Positions 31,129 through 39,493 of a DNA stretch of 64,000 nucleotides are shown here, in pieces (within the stretch, counting starts at the first letter, position 1; each line of letters starts with the position of its first letter). The translations under genes and the position numbers were made by a program. The notes under the pieces were generated by a model. The model worked only from the letters and a program-made list of their open reading frames with translations, made no database searches and was not told where the DNA came from. The stretch spans positions 354,596-418,595 of the forward strand of contig JALWWO010000019.1 of the NCBI GenBank assembly GCA_027078745.1. Reading direction: 5' to 3'. This DNA comes from Chromatiaceae bacterium (GTDB taxonomy: Bacteria > Pseudomonadota > Gammaproteobacteria > Chromatiales > Chromatiaceae).

Positions 31129-31387
31129 ACTGGGAAGGCCGCAAGGCCTGCGGTTCAACTCCGCGCTCGGGAATGCGCGAGCATTCCCTTACCTGGAATC
31201 GCCTCCGCCCGGACGGACGGCTAGTCAGTCCGGGCAGCACCTGAGGAGCCTGTAGGACAGGACGTAGGGCGCGCCGAAGGGCGGGTTTCCCCGGCCTGAT
31301 TCACAGGGAAGGGCACGCGGACCGGAGTTCGGTCGGGCAGGGCGCCTTCCCTTCCGCCACCCACCCCCTGCCCTCCGCCCTTCAGGT
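31129..31387 (+). ncRNA. GC-rich structured non-coding region (multiple hairpins, including a T-arm-like GCGG-TTCAACT-CCGC) between the tRNA-like element and the SPFH-rtcB operon
   Basis: It contains GGCC-GCAA-GGCC (a GNRA tetraloop hairpin), GCGGTTCAACTCCGC, GGGAATGCGCGAGCATTCCC and CCGGACGGACGGCTAGTCAGTCCGGG. There is no convincing ORF. Confidence 0.3.
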
Positions 31388-31426
31388 GTGAGGCCATTCC
31401 CTCTCTTTGTCACTGCGGGGAGAAAA

Positions 31427-32575
31427 ATGTTCGGTTACAAGCGCATGGTGATCGCCCGCCACGAACGGGGCTTGCTCTTTCGCAACCGCAGTTTAGAAGC
31501 GATTCTGGGGCCGGGCATCTATCGTCGCTTCGATCCGCTGGGCCGGCTCCAGCTAGAAGTTCGGAGCTTGGAGGAGATCGATTGGCCCCATCCCCAGGCC
31601 GACCTATTGGCGCGCACGGCGCCGGCGTCTTGCAAATCCCACTTTCAACGGGTAGAGATCGGCGCTCAAGAAGTGGGCTTGGTCTATGTGGATAATTTGC
31701 TCCAAGGATTGATCCCGCCGGCCACTCAAAAGGTCTTCTGGACGGCACCCCGTCCGCCGCGGATTGAGCGCCTGAACATCGGGGAACAGCTCCGCATTCC
31801 CGACCCCTTGGCCCAGGCCCTGCGCCAGCTGGCGGAGAAAACCCAGCTTCCCGGGCTGTTCCTTCGGGAGATTCCCGACCGCCATCAAGGGCTGCTGTTC
31901 GTCGATGGCAAGCGGGCGGAAAGCCTCGACCCCGGGTTCCACGCGTTCTGGAACTTTCACCATCATTTGCAGTTGGAAATCGTCGATCTGCGCGATCAGT
32001 CCATGGAGATCACCGGCCAAGAGATTCTCACCAAGGATCGGGTGAGCTTGCGCCTTAACCTGACCGCAGGCTTTCAGGTGGAAGATCCCGTAGTGCTCTA
32101 TGAGTCCCTGGGCAACTGGCGCGCGGAACTCTACCGGCAGTTGCAATTCGGGCTGCGCCAGGCGGTGGGCACCCGCACCTTGGATGATCTTTTGGAGGAA
32201 AAGGAATCCTTGGGCCGCGCCATCCGCGATCAGGTCGCCCCCAAGGTAGCGCCCTATGGCATCGGCCTCAGGGAAACCGGCGTGAAGGACATCATCTTGC
32301 CCGGGGAGATGAAAACCATCCTCAACCGCGTGGTGGAGGCGGAGAAGCAGGCCCAAGCCAATCTCATCAAACGGCGGGAGGAGACCGCCGCCACCCGCTC
32401 CTTGCTCAATACGGCGAAGCTCATGGAACAAAATCCCCTGTTGCGGCGGCTCAAGGAACTGGAATCCCTGGAGCGGATCACCGAGCGCATCGACCGGATC
32501 ACTGTGTTCAACGGTTTGGAAGGGGTGTTGCAGGATTTATTGCCCCTTCAGCGGGAAGAGAAGGGGAGCGATTAA
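31427..32575 (+). CDS. SPFH/band-7 (slipin-like) domain protein with a ~180-aa N-terminal extension and no obvious TM helix
   Basis: A GGGGAG RBS lies upstream of the ATG (MFGYKRMVIA...). The C-terminal SPFH domain (...GIGLRETGVKDIILPGEMKTILNRVVEAEKQAQANLI...) is followed by a coiled coil. It lies 5 bp upstream of rtcB. Confidence 0.7.
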   Translation: MFGYKRMVIARHERGLLFRNRSLEAILGPGIYRRFDPLGRLQLEVRSLEEIDWPHPQADLLARTAPASCKSHFQRVEIGAQEVGLVYVDNLLQGLIPPATQKVFWTAPRPPRIERLNIGEQLRIPDPLAQALRQLAEKTQLPGLFLREIPDRHQGLLFVDGKRAESLDPGFHAFWNFHHHLQLEIVDLRDQSMEITGQEILTKDRVSLRLNLTAGFQVEDPVVLYESLGNWRAELYRQLQFGLRQAVGTRTLDDLLEEKESLGRAIRDQVAPKVAPYGIGLRETGVKDIILPGEMKTILNRVVEAEKQAQANLIKRREETAATRSLLNTAKLMEQNPLLRRLKELESLERITERIDRITVFNGLEGVLQDLLPLQREEKGSD

Positions 32576-32579
32576 AGCC

Positions 32580-33779
32580 ATGCCCGTGCGCAGAGTCCTG
32601 AGGGGGGGGCGAGTTCCGGTGCACGTTTATACCGATGCGCTGGACGACTCCTCCGCGGAACAGCTCGTCAATATCGCCCGATTGCCCATCGTGCACGATC
32701 ATGTGGCCGCCATGCCCGATGTGCACACGGGCATCGGGGCCACTGTGGGCGCGGTGATTCCCACCTATAAAGCCATCATTCCCGCCGCCGTGGGCGTGGA
32801 CATCGGTTGCGGCATGAATGCGGTGCGCCTTTCTCTGAAGGCGGAGCAACTGCCGGATCAGCTCCACCGGCTGCGCGCCGCCATCGAGGCCGCCATTCCC
32901 CTGGGATTCGATCAGCATCCCCGAGATCCGGTCAAACGCTCTACCATCGTCGCTTTGGAAAAGCGCCTCAAAAGGATCTATGAGCGCCATCCCGCGTTGT
33001 TGAAGATGCAGCGGAATCGGGGGGCACCTACCTGGATCCGGCAGATCGGCACCTTGGGCGGGGGCAATCACTTCATCGAGCTCTGCATCGATGAAGCCCA
33101 AGATGTCTGGATCCTGCTCCACTCGGGCAGCCGGGGCATCGGCAATGCCATCGGGCGCTATTTCATCGCTCTGGCGAAAAAGGAGATGGAACCCCATCTG
33201 GACCGCCTGCCCCATCGGGATCTGGCCTATTTCACCGAGGGCACCGGGCATTTCGCGGACTATGTGGAAGCAGTCCACTGGGCCCAGGACTACGCCATGA
33301 CCAACCGGCGGGAAATGATGCGCCTGATCTTGGAAGCCCTGAAAAAGCACCTGCCCCCCTTCCAAGCCACCAAGGAAGCGGTGAACTGCCATCACAACTA
33401 TGTGGCCGTGGAGGAACATTTCGGGAAGTCCGTCTACCTCACCCGCAAGGGGGCCATCGCCGCCTACAAGGATCAGCTCGGCATCATTCCGGGGAGCATG
33501 GGGGCGAAATCCTATATCGTGCGGGGCTTAGGCAATCCCAACTCTTTCTGCTCCTGCGCCCATGGTGCGGGCCGGCGCATGAGCCGCACCCAGGCGAAGA
33601 AACAGTTCAGCACCCGAGATCTGGAACAGCAGACTGGCGGTGTGGAATGCCGGAAGGACCAGGGCGTGCTCGACGAGATCCCCGCCGCTTACAAGGACAT
33701 CGATCAGGTAATGGCGGATCAGAAGGATCTGGTGGAAGTGGTGCACACCCTGAAGCAGGTGGTCTGCGTGAAAGGCTGA
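32580..33779 (+). CDS. rtcB: RNA-splicing ligase RtcB (3'-phosphate/5'-hydroxyl RNA ligase)
   Basis: 399 aa. Metal-ligand motifs (PDVHTGIG; GGNHFIEL; HSGSRG; CHHNY) and the catalytic His region (NSFCSCAHGAGR) are present. Confidence 0.9.
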   Translation: MPVRRVLRGGRVPVHVYTDALDDSSAEQLVNIARLPIVHDHVAAMPDVHTGIGATVGAVIPTYKAIIPAAVGVDIGCGMNAVRLSLKAEQLPDQLHRLRAAIEAAIPLGFDQHPRDPVKRSTIVALEKRLKRIYERHPALLKMQRNRGAPTWIRQIGTLGGGNHFIELCIDEAQDVWILLHSGSRGIGNAIGRYFIALAKKEMEPHLDRLPHRDLAYFTEGTGHFADYVEAVHWAQDYAMTNRREMMRLILEALKKHLPPFQATKEAVNCHHNYVAVEEHFGKSVYLTRKGAIAAYKDQLGIIPGSMGAKSYIVRGLGNPNSFCSCAHGAGRRMSRTQAKKQFSTRDLEQQTGGVECRKDQGVLDEIPAAYKDIDQVMADQKDLVEVVHTLKQVVCVKG

Positions 33780-33860
33780 CACTAGCCGCGCCTTAGCGGT
33801 GTCGGCACCTTCAGCAGCTTGACGAAGAAACAAAGATACTCTTGGCAGGCCCTCGGAAAC

Positions 33861-34691
33861 TCAGGCGCTTTTCCAGTCAGCTTCCGCTTCCTTGTCCCGC
33901 TCGATGAGGGCATAGGCGGAATGATTGTGGATGGACTCGAAGTTTTCGGACTCCACGCGATAGGCGCCCACCCGATCATCTTCATTAAGCCGCATGGCCA
34001 CATCCCGCACCATGTCTTCCACGAATTTCGGATGATCATAGGCATGTTCGGTGACATATTTTTCGTCGGGTCGTTTCAGCAGACCGAACAGCTCGCAGGA
34101 AGCTTCTTTCTCCACGATTTCGATGAGTTCTTCGACCCAGATGAACCCCCGATTCCGCACTTCCACAGTCACATGGGAGCGCTGATTATGGGCACCGTAG
34201 TCGGAGATCTCCTTGGAGCAGGGGCATAGGCTGGTGACCGGCACCACTACCTTGATATACATCACGGGCTTGCCCTGTTGGATCTCGCCGATAAAGGTTA
34301 CCTCGTAGTCCAACAGGCTTTTCACACCGCTCACCGGTGCCGGTTTATTGATGAAGTAGGGGAACCGCATCTCGATGTGGCCCCGCTCGGATTCCAAGCG
34401 CTCCGCCATTTCCCGCAGCATCTCTTTGAAGGAATCGATGCTGATTTCCTTTTCGTGGCTGTTGAGGATCTCCACGAATCGGGACATATGGGTGCCTTTG
34501 AAGTTATGGGGCAGGTACACATACATGTTGAAGGTGGCTACCGTGTGCTGCTCCCCATCCGTCCGGTCGCGCACCCGCACGGGATGGCGGATGTCCTTGA
34601 TCCCCACCTTATCGATGGCGATGCGACGATTATCGGCACTGCCCTGCACATCGGCGATGGGAGAAGAGGGGGTACGAGATGCTGATTCCAT
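33861..34691 (-). CDS. folE2: GTP cyclohydrolase FolE2 (MptA-type, GTP cyclohydrolase IB)
   Basis: 276 aa. The bimodular T-fold and FolE2 family motifs are present (...[15 protein letters not shown]...). Confidence 0.85.
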   Translation of the reverse strand: MESASRTPSSPIADVQGSADNRRIAIDKVGIKDIRHPVRVRDRTDGEQHTVATFNMYVYLPHNFKGTHMSRFVEILNSHEKEISIDSFKEMLREMAERLESERGHIEMRFPYFINKPAPVSGVKSLLDYEVTFIGEIQQGKPVMYIKVVVPVTSLCPCSKEISDYGAHNQRSHVTVEVRNRGFIWVEELIEIVEKEASCELFGLLKRPDEKYVTEHAYDHPKFVEDMVRDVAMRLNEDDRVGAYRVESENFESIHNHSAYALIERDKEAEADWKSA

Positions 34692-34781
34692 GGGAACTTC
34701 CTCGGAAAAAAGGCAATTCAGCAGAATCCACCGCTGCGCATGGCTAGAATTAGCGGTTCCATGGAGAAAAACAAGAGGGGG

Positions 34782-35687
34782 TCAATAGCTTCGCTGCACG
34801 ACGAATCGGGCGAGGTCTCGCAGAGGATCTGCCCGATGATCGAAGGTGCCCAGGCTCTCCAAGGCTTCTTCCATGAGTTCCCGCGCGGTTCGATGAGCGG
34901 CTTCCAGACCGATCAAGCTGGGATAGGTAGCCTTGCCGGCGCGCTGATCCTTTCCCTGCCCCTTGCCCGTGATCGTTCCATCTCCTTCCACATCCAGCAG
35001 ATCGTCCTGCACCTGAAAGGCCAGTCCCAAGCATTTGGCGTAGCGGTCCAGGCGATTGCCCGCCTCCGAGTCCTCATCGTGCACCGCGAGCACGGGTAGG
35101 CGCACGCTCGCCCGAATCAAGGCTCCTGTCTTGTGGATATGGATGAGTTCGAGCTGGGCTAGGTCGATTTCCTGCCCCTCTGCTGCCAGATCCAAGGCCT
35201 GACCTCCCGCCATGCCCCGAGAACCAGCCGCTAAGGCAAGAGTTTCGATCATTTTCAAACGGGCACCCTCGGGCAGGTTTACATCTCGGGCTAAGAGCTG
35301 AAAGGCGAGGCTTTGGAGCGCATCGCCGGCGAGAATAGCCGTGGCCTCATCGAACGCCTTATGGCAGGTGGGCCGCCCCCGCCGCAGATCATCATCATCC
35401 ATGGCGGGCAGATCGTCATGCACCAAGGAATAGGCATGGATGCATTCCAGGGCACAGGCGGCGCTGTCCAGCTTTTCTGCCGGAACGCCCAGGATTTCCC
35501 CAACACCATAGACCAGCGCCGGACGGATCCGCTTTCCCCCCCCGAGCACCGCATAGCGCATAGCTTCGTGCAGATGCCTGGGCTGAATGTGCACGGCAGG
35601 CAACCCCCGTTCCAAAGCCGCTTCTACTCGAGCGCTGGCAGCGCTGAGAAAAGCTTGCAGGGAATCGGAGGGCGTGGAGGCAACCAT
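34782..35687 (-). CDS. ispA: Polyprenyl (farnesyl/geranyl) diphosphate synthase
   Basis: First Asp-rich motif (LVHDDLPAMDDDDLRRG) and second (FQVQDDLLD) are present. Confidence 0.9.
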   Translation of the reverse strand: MVASTPSDSLQAFLSAASARVEAALERGLPAVHIQPRHLHEAMRYAVLGGGKRIRPALVYGVGEILGVPAEKLDSAACALECIHAYSLVHDDLPAMDDDDLRRGRPTCHKAFDEATAILAGDALQSLAFQLLARDVNLPEGARLKMIETLALAAGSRGMAGGQALDLAAEGQEIDLAQLELIHIHKTGALIRASVRLPVLAVHDEDSEAGNRLDRYAKCLGLAFQVQDDLLDVEGDGTITGKGQGKDQRAGKATYPSLIGLEAAHRTARELMEEALESLGTFDHRADPLRDLARFVVQRSY

Positions 35688-35789
35688 GAAGGATTGGGTA
35701 CGGCGCGCAGACCTCGGGGAAAATTCCGATGCTTTGAATCAATTAAAATAGCTTATTTCGTGAAATCCCGTCAATTTGCTGAAAAACCC

Positions 35790-37676
35790 ATGCCCCGTGA
35801 ATACAATGCTTCTGCCATCGAAGTCTTGTCCGGCCTGGATCCCGTGCGCAGGCGGCCGGGCATGTACACGGATACCAGCAGCCCGGATCACTTGGCCCAG
35901 GAGGTCATCGATAACAGCGTGGATGAAGCCCTCATGGGCTACGCCCGCAAGATTGCAGTCGATCTGTTCGCCGATGGTTCCCTACAGGTGACGGATGACG
36001 GGCGGGGCATGCCGGTGGATCTGCATCCTACTCAGGGCGTGCCCGGGGTGGAACTGATCCTCTCCAAGCTCCACGCGGGGGGTAAGTTCTCCACCGGCAG
36101 CTATCGCTTCTCCGGTGGGCTGCATGGGGTGGGCCTGTCCGTGGTCAACGCCCTTTCCCGACGGTTGGAAGTCTGGATTCAACGCCAGGGGCAGGAATAT
36201 CACATGGCTTTCGCGCAGGGTCGGAAGGTCTCGGAACTGCGACCCGTGGGCACGCTGGCACACCGTCGTTCCGGCACCCGCCTGCGCTTCTGGCCCGATC
36301 CCCGCTATTTCGATCAGCCCCAGTTTCACCGCGCCCGATTGCAAGCCCTGCTGCGGGCCAAGGCGGTGCTCTGTCCCGGGCTGCGGGTTTCCCTCTGGGA
36401 GGAACGCACCGGCGAGCGCTGGCACTGGCATTTCGCCGGCGGGCTGCGGGACTATTTTCTACAGATACTCGGGGAACGGGAACGGATCCCGGAAGAACCC
36501 TTCTCTGGCGCCCTGACAGCCACTCAAGAAGCGGCGGAATGGATCGTCGCTTGGGTGCCGGAAGGGGAACCTCGGGGAGAAAGCTATGTGAATCTGATTC
36601 CCACGGTCCAGGGGGGCACCCATGTCAACGGGCTGCGGACGGGGCTCACGGAAGCCTTGCGGGATTTCTGCACCCGTCGCCGCCTGCTGCCCCGCGGGGT
36701 GCGCATCGCGCCGGAGGATGTTTGGCAGCGGTGCAGTTACATTCTCTCGGTGAAGCTGCTGGCGCCGCAGTTCTCGGGACAGACCAAGGAACGCTTGAAC
36801 AGCCGCGCTTGTGCCACCTTTGTGGCGGGTCTGGTGCGGGATGCCTTCAGCCTCTGGCTGAACCAGCATGTGCAGGCGGGGGAAGCCATCGCCGCCCTGG
36901 TGATCGAGACGGCCCAAACTCGGCTGCGTACGAGTCGTTCGGTGGTGCGGAAATCCGTGGCTTCGGGCCCCAGGCTTCCGGGCAAGCTCGCGGATTGCCG
37001 AGCGCGAGACCCGGAACGGGCGGAACTCTTCCTCGTGGAGGGAGATTCCGCCGGCGGCTCCGCCAAACAAGCCCGAGATCGGGCGTTTCAAGCGATCCTG
37101 CCCTTGCGAGGCAAGATTCTGAACACCTGGGAAACCGATGCGCAACGCCTTCTCGCCTCCCAAGAAGTGCGGGACATCGCCCTAGCCATTGGGGTAACAC
37201 CGGGTGCGGAAGACCTTTCCCAACTGCGCTTCGGCAAGATCTGCATCCTGGCCGATGCAGATTCCGATGGGGCGCATATCGCCACCCTGCTATGCGCCCT
37301 CTTTCTCCGACACTTCCCCAAGCTAGTGCAGGCCGGTCATCTCTATGTGGCCATGCCGCCCCTCTATCGCATCGATGTGGGCAAGTCTGTGTTCTATGCC
37401 CTGGATGAGGAAGAGCGGCAAGGCATTCTGGACCGCATCGAGGCGGAGCATCGGCGCGGGCCCGTGCGGATTCAGCGGTTCAAGGGCTTGGGGGAGATGA
37501 ACCCGGACCAACTGCGGGAAACTACCTTGCATCCCGACAGCCGCCGGCTGATCCAACTCAGCGTGCCGGATCTGGCGGAGAGCTACGGGATCATGGATCG
37601 ATTGCTCGCCAAGAAGCGGGCGGCGGACCGCCGCGCTTGGCTGCAAGAGCAGGGGAACTTCGGATCTGAGCTATAG
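35790..37676 (+). CDS. parE: DNA topoisomerase IV subunit B
   Basis: About 628 aa. A GHKL ATPase N-terminus (...EVIDNSVDEAL...DDGRGMPVD), a Toprim domain (FLVEGDSAGGSAKQ) and a ParE-like short C-terminus are present. Confidence 0.85.
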   Translation: MPREYNASAIEVLSGLDPVRRRPGMYTDTSSPDHLAQEVIDNSVDEALMGYARKIAVDLFADGSLQVTDDGRGMPVDLHPTQGVPGVELILSKLHAGGKFSTGSYRFSGGLHGVGLSVVNALSRRLEVWIQRQGQEYHMAFAQGRKVSELRPVGTLAHRRSGTRLRFWPDPRYFDQPQFHRARLQALLRAKAVLCPGLRVSLWEERTGERWHWHFAGGLRDYFLQILGERERIPEEPFSGALTATQEAAEWIVAWVPEGEPRGESYVNLIPTVQGGTHVNGLRTGLTEALRDFCTRRRLLPRGVRIAPEDVWQRCSYILSVKLLAPQFSGQTKERLNSRACATFVAGLVRDAFSLWLNQHVQAGEAIAALVIETAQTRLRTSRSVVRKSVASGPRLPGKLADCRARDPERAELFLVEGDSAGGSAKQARDRAFQAILPLRGKILNTWETDAQRLLASQEVRDIALAIGVTPGAEDLSQLRFGKICILADADSDGAHIATLLCALFLRHFPKLVQAGHLYVAMPPLYRIDVGKSVFYALDEEERQGILDRIEAEHRRGPVRIQRFKGLGEMNPDQLRETTLHPDSRRLIQLSVPDLAESYGIMDRLLAKKRAADRRAWLQEQGNFGSEL

Positions 37677-37982
37677 CCGGAAGCCCAGCAGGACCCCGGC
37701 AAAGAAAGAAGCTGTGTGGGCAAGGTGGGTGAGCATGAAGGCCTTGAGTCCTGCGCTATAGGCCTGTAGCCAATCCATAGCGCCGGTGTAATGGGTTTCC
37801 ATGCCCGTCCAATCCACCTGAATCAGCCCCGCATATTGCAGGGTGAAGAGACCGATGAGCAAGATACCACCTAAGAGCAGGGTGAGCTTGATGGCCACCT
37901 TGAGGGCATAGCCCATGCCCATGCCCAGGGCAAAGGAGAAGCCCAGGGTCAGAAAGAATTGGGGGCTGAGGGTTTCCGTCAT
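37671..37982 (-). CDS. Small integral membrane protein (FUN14-like, 3 TM helices)
   Basis: 103 aa hydrophobic protein with glycine-zipper-like helices. Confidence 0.5.
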   Translation of the reverse strand: MTETLSPQFFLTLGFSFALGMGMGYALKVAIKLTLLLGGILLIGLFTLQYAGLIQVDWTGMETHYTGAMDWLQAYSAGLKAFMLTHLAHTASFFAGVLLGFRL

Positions 37983-39451
37983 CCGCGGCGCTTCCTGGGA
38001 GGCAATAGATCCGTGATGGAACCCTGGGCCATCTCCGCGGCGAAGCAGAGGGTTTCGCTCAGGGTGGGATGGGGATGGATGGTCAGCCCCAAATCCTCTG
38101 CATCCGCCCCCATCTCCAAGGCGAGCACCGCTTCCCCGATGAGTTCCCCCGCGTGGGGACCTACGATGCCCGCGCCCAAAATGCGCTTGGTCTCCGGATC
38201 GAATAAGAGTTTGGTCAAGCCCTCTTCCCGACCCATGCCCAGGGCGCGCCCGCTGGCCGCCCAGGGAAAAACGCCCTTCTCATAGGGAATGCCCTGCTGC
38301 TTGGCGGCGGTTTCCGTCAAGCCCATCCAAGCGATTTCTGGATCCGTGTAAGCCACCGAAGGCACCGTCAGGGGGTCGAAGCGGGCGGGCAAGCCGGCGA
38401 TCACCTCGGCAGCGACCTTAGCTTCGTGGGTGGCTTTATGGGCGAGCATGGGTTCTCCCACCACATCCCCGATGGCGAAAATATGGGGCACATTGGTGCG
38501 CCTGTGCTCATCCACGGGGATGAAACCCCGTTCATCCACCTGCACGCCGGCGGCTTCTCCCTGAATCTGCTTGCCGTTGGGTCGCCGACCCACCGCCACG
38601 AGCACCCGATCATAGGTGGCTTCTTGGGGCGCTTGCTCGCCGCTGAACTGCACCTGAATGCCGGCACTCGTGGCCTTCATGGCACGGACCCGCGTGTTCA
38701 GGAAAAGCCGGACCCCCCGCTTTTTGAGCACCCGTTCCAACACCCGCACCAGATCCGGATCGCAGCCTGGAATCAACTGTCCCTGAAGTTCTACGATTTC
38801 GATCTGGGTGCCCAAGGCCTGATAGACTGTGGCCATCTCCAGACCGATGATGCCTCCGCCGACCACGAGCATCCGCTTGGGGATCTCCGGCAATGCCAGG
38901 GCATCCGTGGCATCCATGACCCGAGGATCTTCCTGGGGAAAGCCCGGGATCCGCACGGGGCTGGAACCGCAGGCGATGATCGCCGCATCGAACTGGATGC
39001 GGATCACCCCCTTGGGGCTTTCCACCTGCAAGCGATTGGGGGCGATGAATCGGCCAGTACCCTGCACCACCTGAACCTTTCGGGCCTTGGCGAGTCCCCG
39101 CAAGCCGTCCGTCAGCTTTTTGACCACCCGATCCTTTCCGGCGCGCAGGGCATCCAACTGAATCTCCGGCGGGGAGAAGTGCACTCCCATCCGTTGGATC
39201 TCCGCCGCCTCTCGGATGATCTGCGCCGTGTGGAGCAGGGCCTTGGAGGGGATGCAGCCCACATTGAGGCACACCCCCCCGAGCTGGGGATAGCGTTCGA
39301 TGAGCACCACCCGCTTGCCCAGATCCGCAGCTCGGAAGGCTGCCGTATAGCCGCCTGGCCCCGCCCCGAGCACGGCGACTTCCGTGGTGATCTCCGAATC
39401 GGTACGCTGATGTTCTTCGGTCATGGGAATCCTTGGTTCAATGATGGACAC
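37979..39451 (-). CDS. lpdA: Dihydrolipoyl dehydrogenase
   Basis: 490 aa. FAD-binding (VLGAGPGGY), redox-active disulfide (GGVCLNVGCIPSK) and NAD-binding motifs are present. Confidence 0.95.
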   Translation of the reverse strand: MSIIEPRIPMTEEHQRTDSEITTEVAVLGAGPGGYTAAFRAADLGKRVVLIERYPQLGGVCLNVGCIPSKALLHTAQIIREAAEIQRMGVHFSPPEIQLDALRAGKDRVVKKLTDGLRGLAKARKVQVVQGTGRFIAPNRLQVESPKGVIRIQFDAAIIACGSSPVRIPGFPQEDPRVMDATDALALPEIPKRMLVVGGGIIGLEMATVYQALGTQIEIVELQGQLIPGCDPDLVRVLERVLKKRGVRLFLNTRVRAMKATSAGIQVQFSGEQAPQEATYDRVLVAVGRRPNGKQIQGEAAGVQVDERGFIPVDEHRRTNVPHIFAIGDVVGEPMLAHKATHEAKVAAEVIAGLPARFDPLTVPSVAYTDPEIAWMGLTETAAKQQGIPYEKGVFPWAASGRALGMGREEGLTKLLFDPETKRILGAGIVGPHAGELIGEAVLALEMGADAEDLGLTIHPHPTLSETLCFAAEMAQGSITDLLPPRKRRG

Positions 39452-39493
39452 CGCAAAATATACATCAGGAGCGGAGGCACTAGAGACTAGCTT

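Noticed and set aside
31225-31413. 62-aa minus-strand ORF inside the GC-rich region between pnp and the SPFH gene
   Set aside because: No RBS, Arg/Gly/Pro-rich translation, and it overlaps the predicted structured RNA. This is most likely non-coding.
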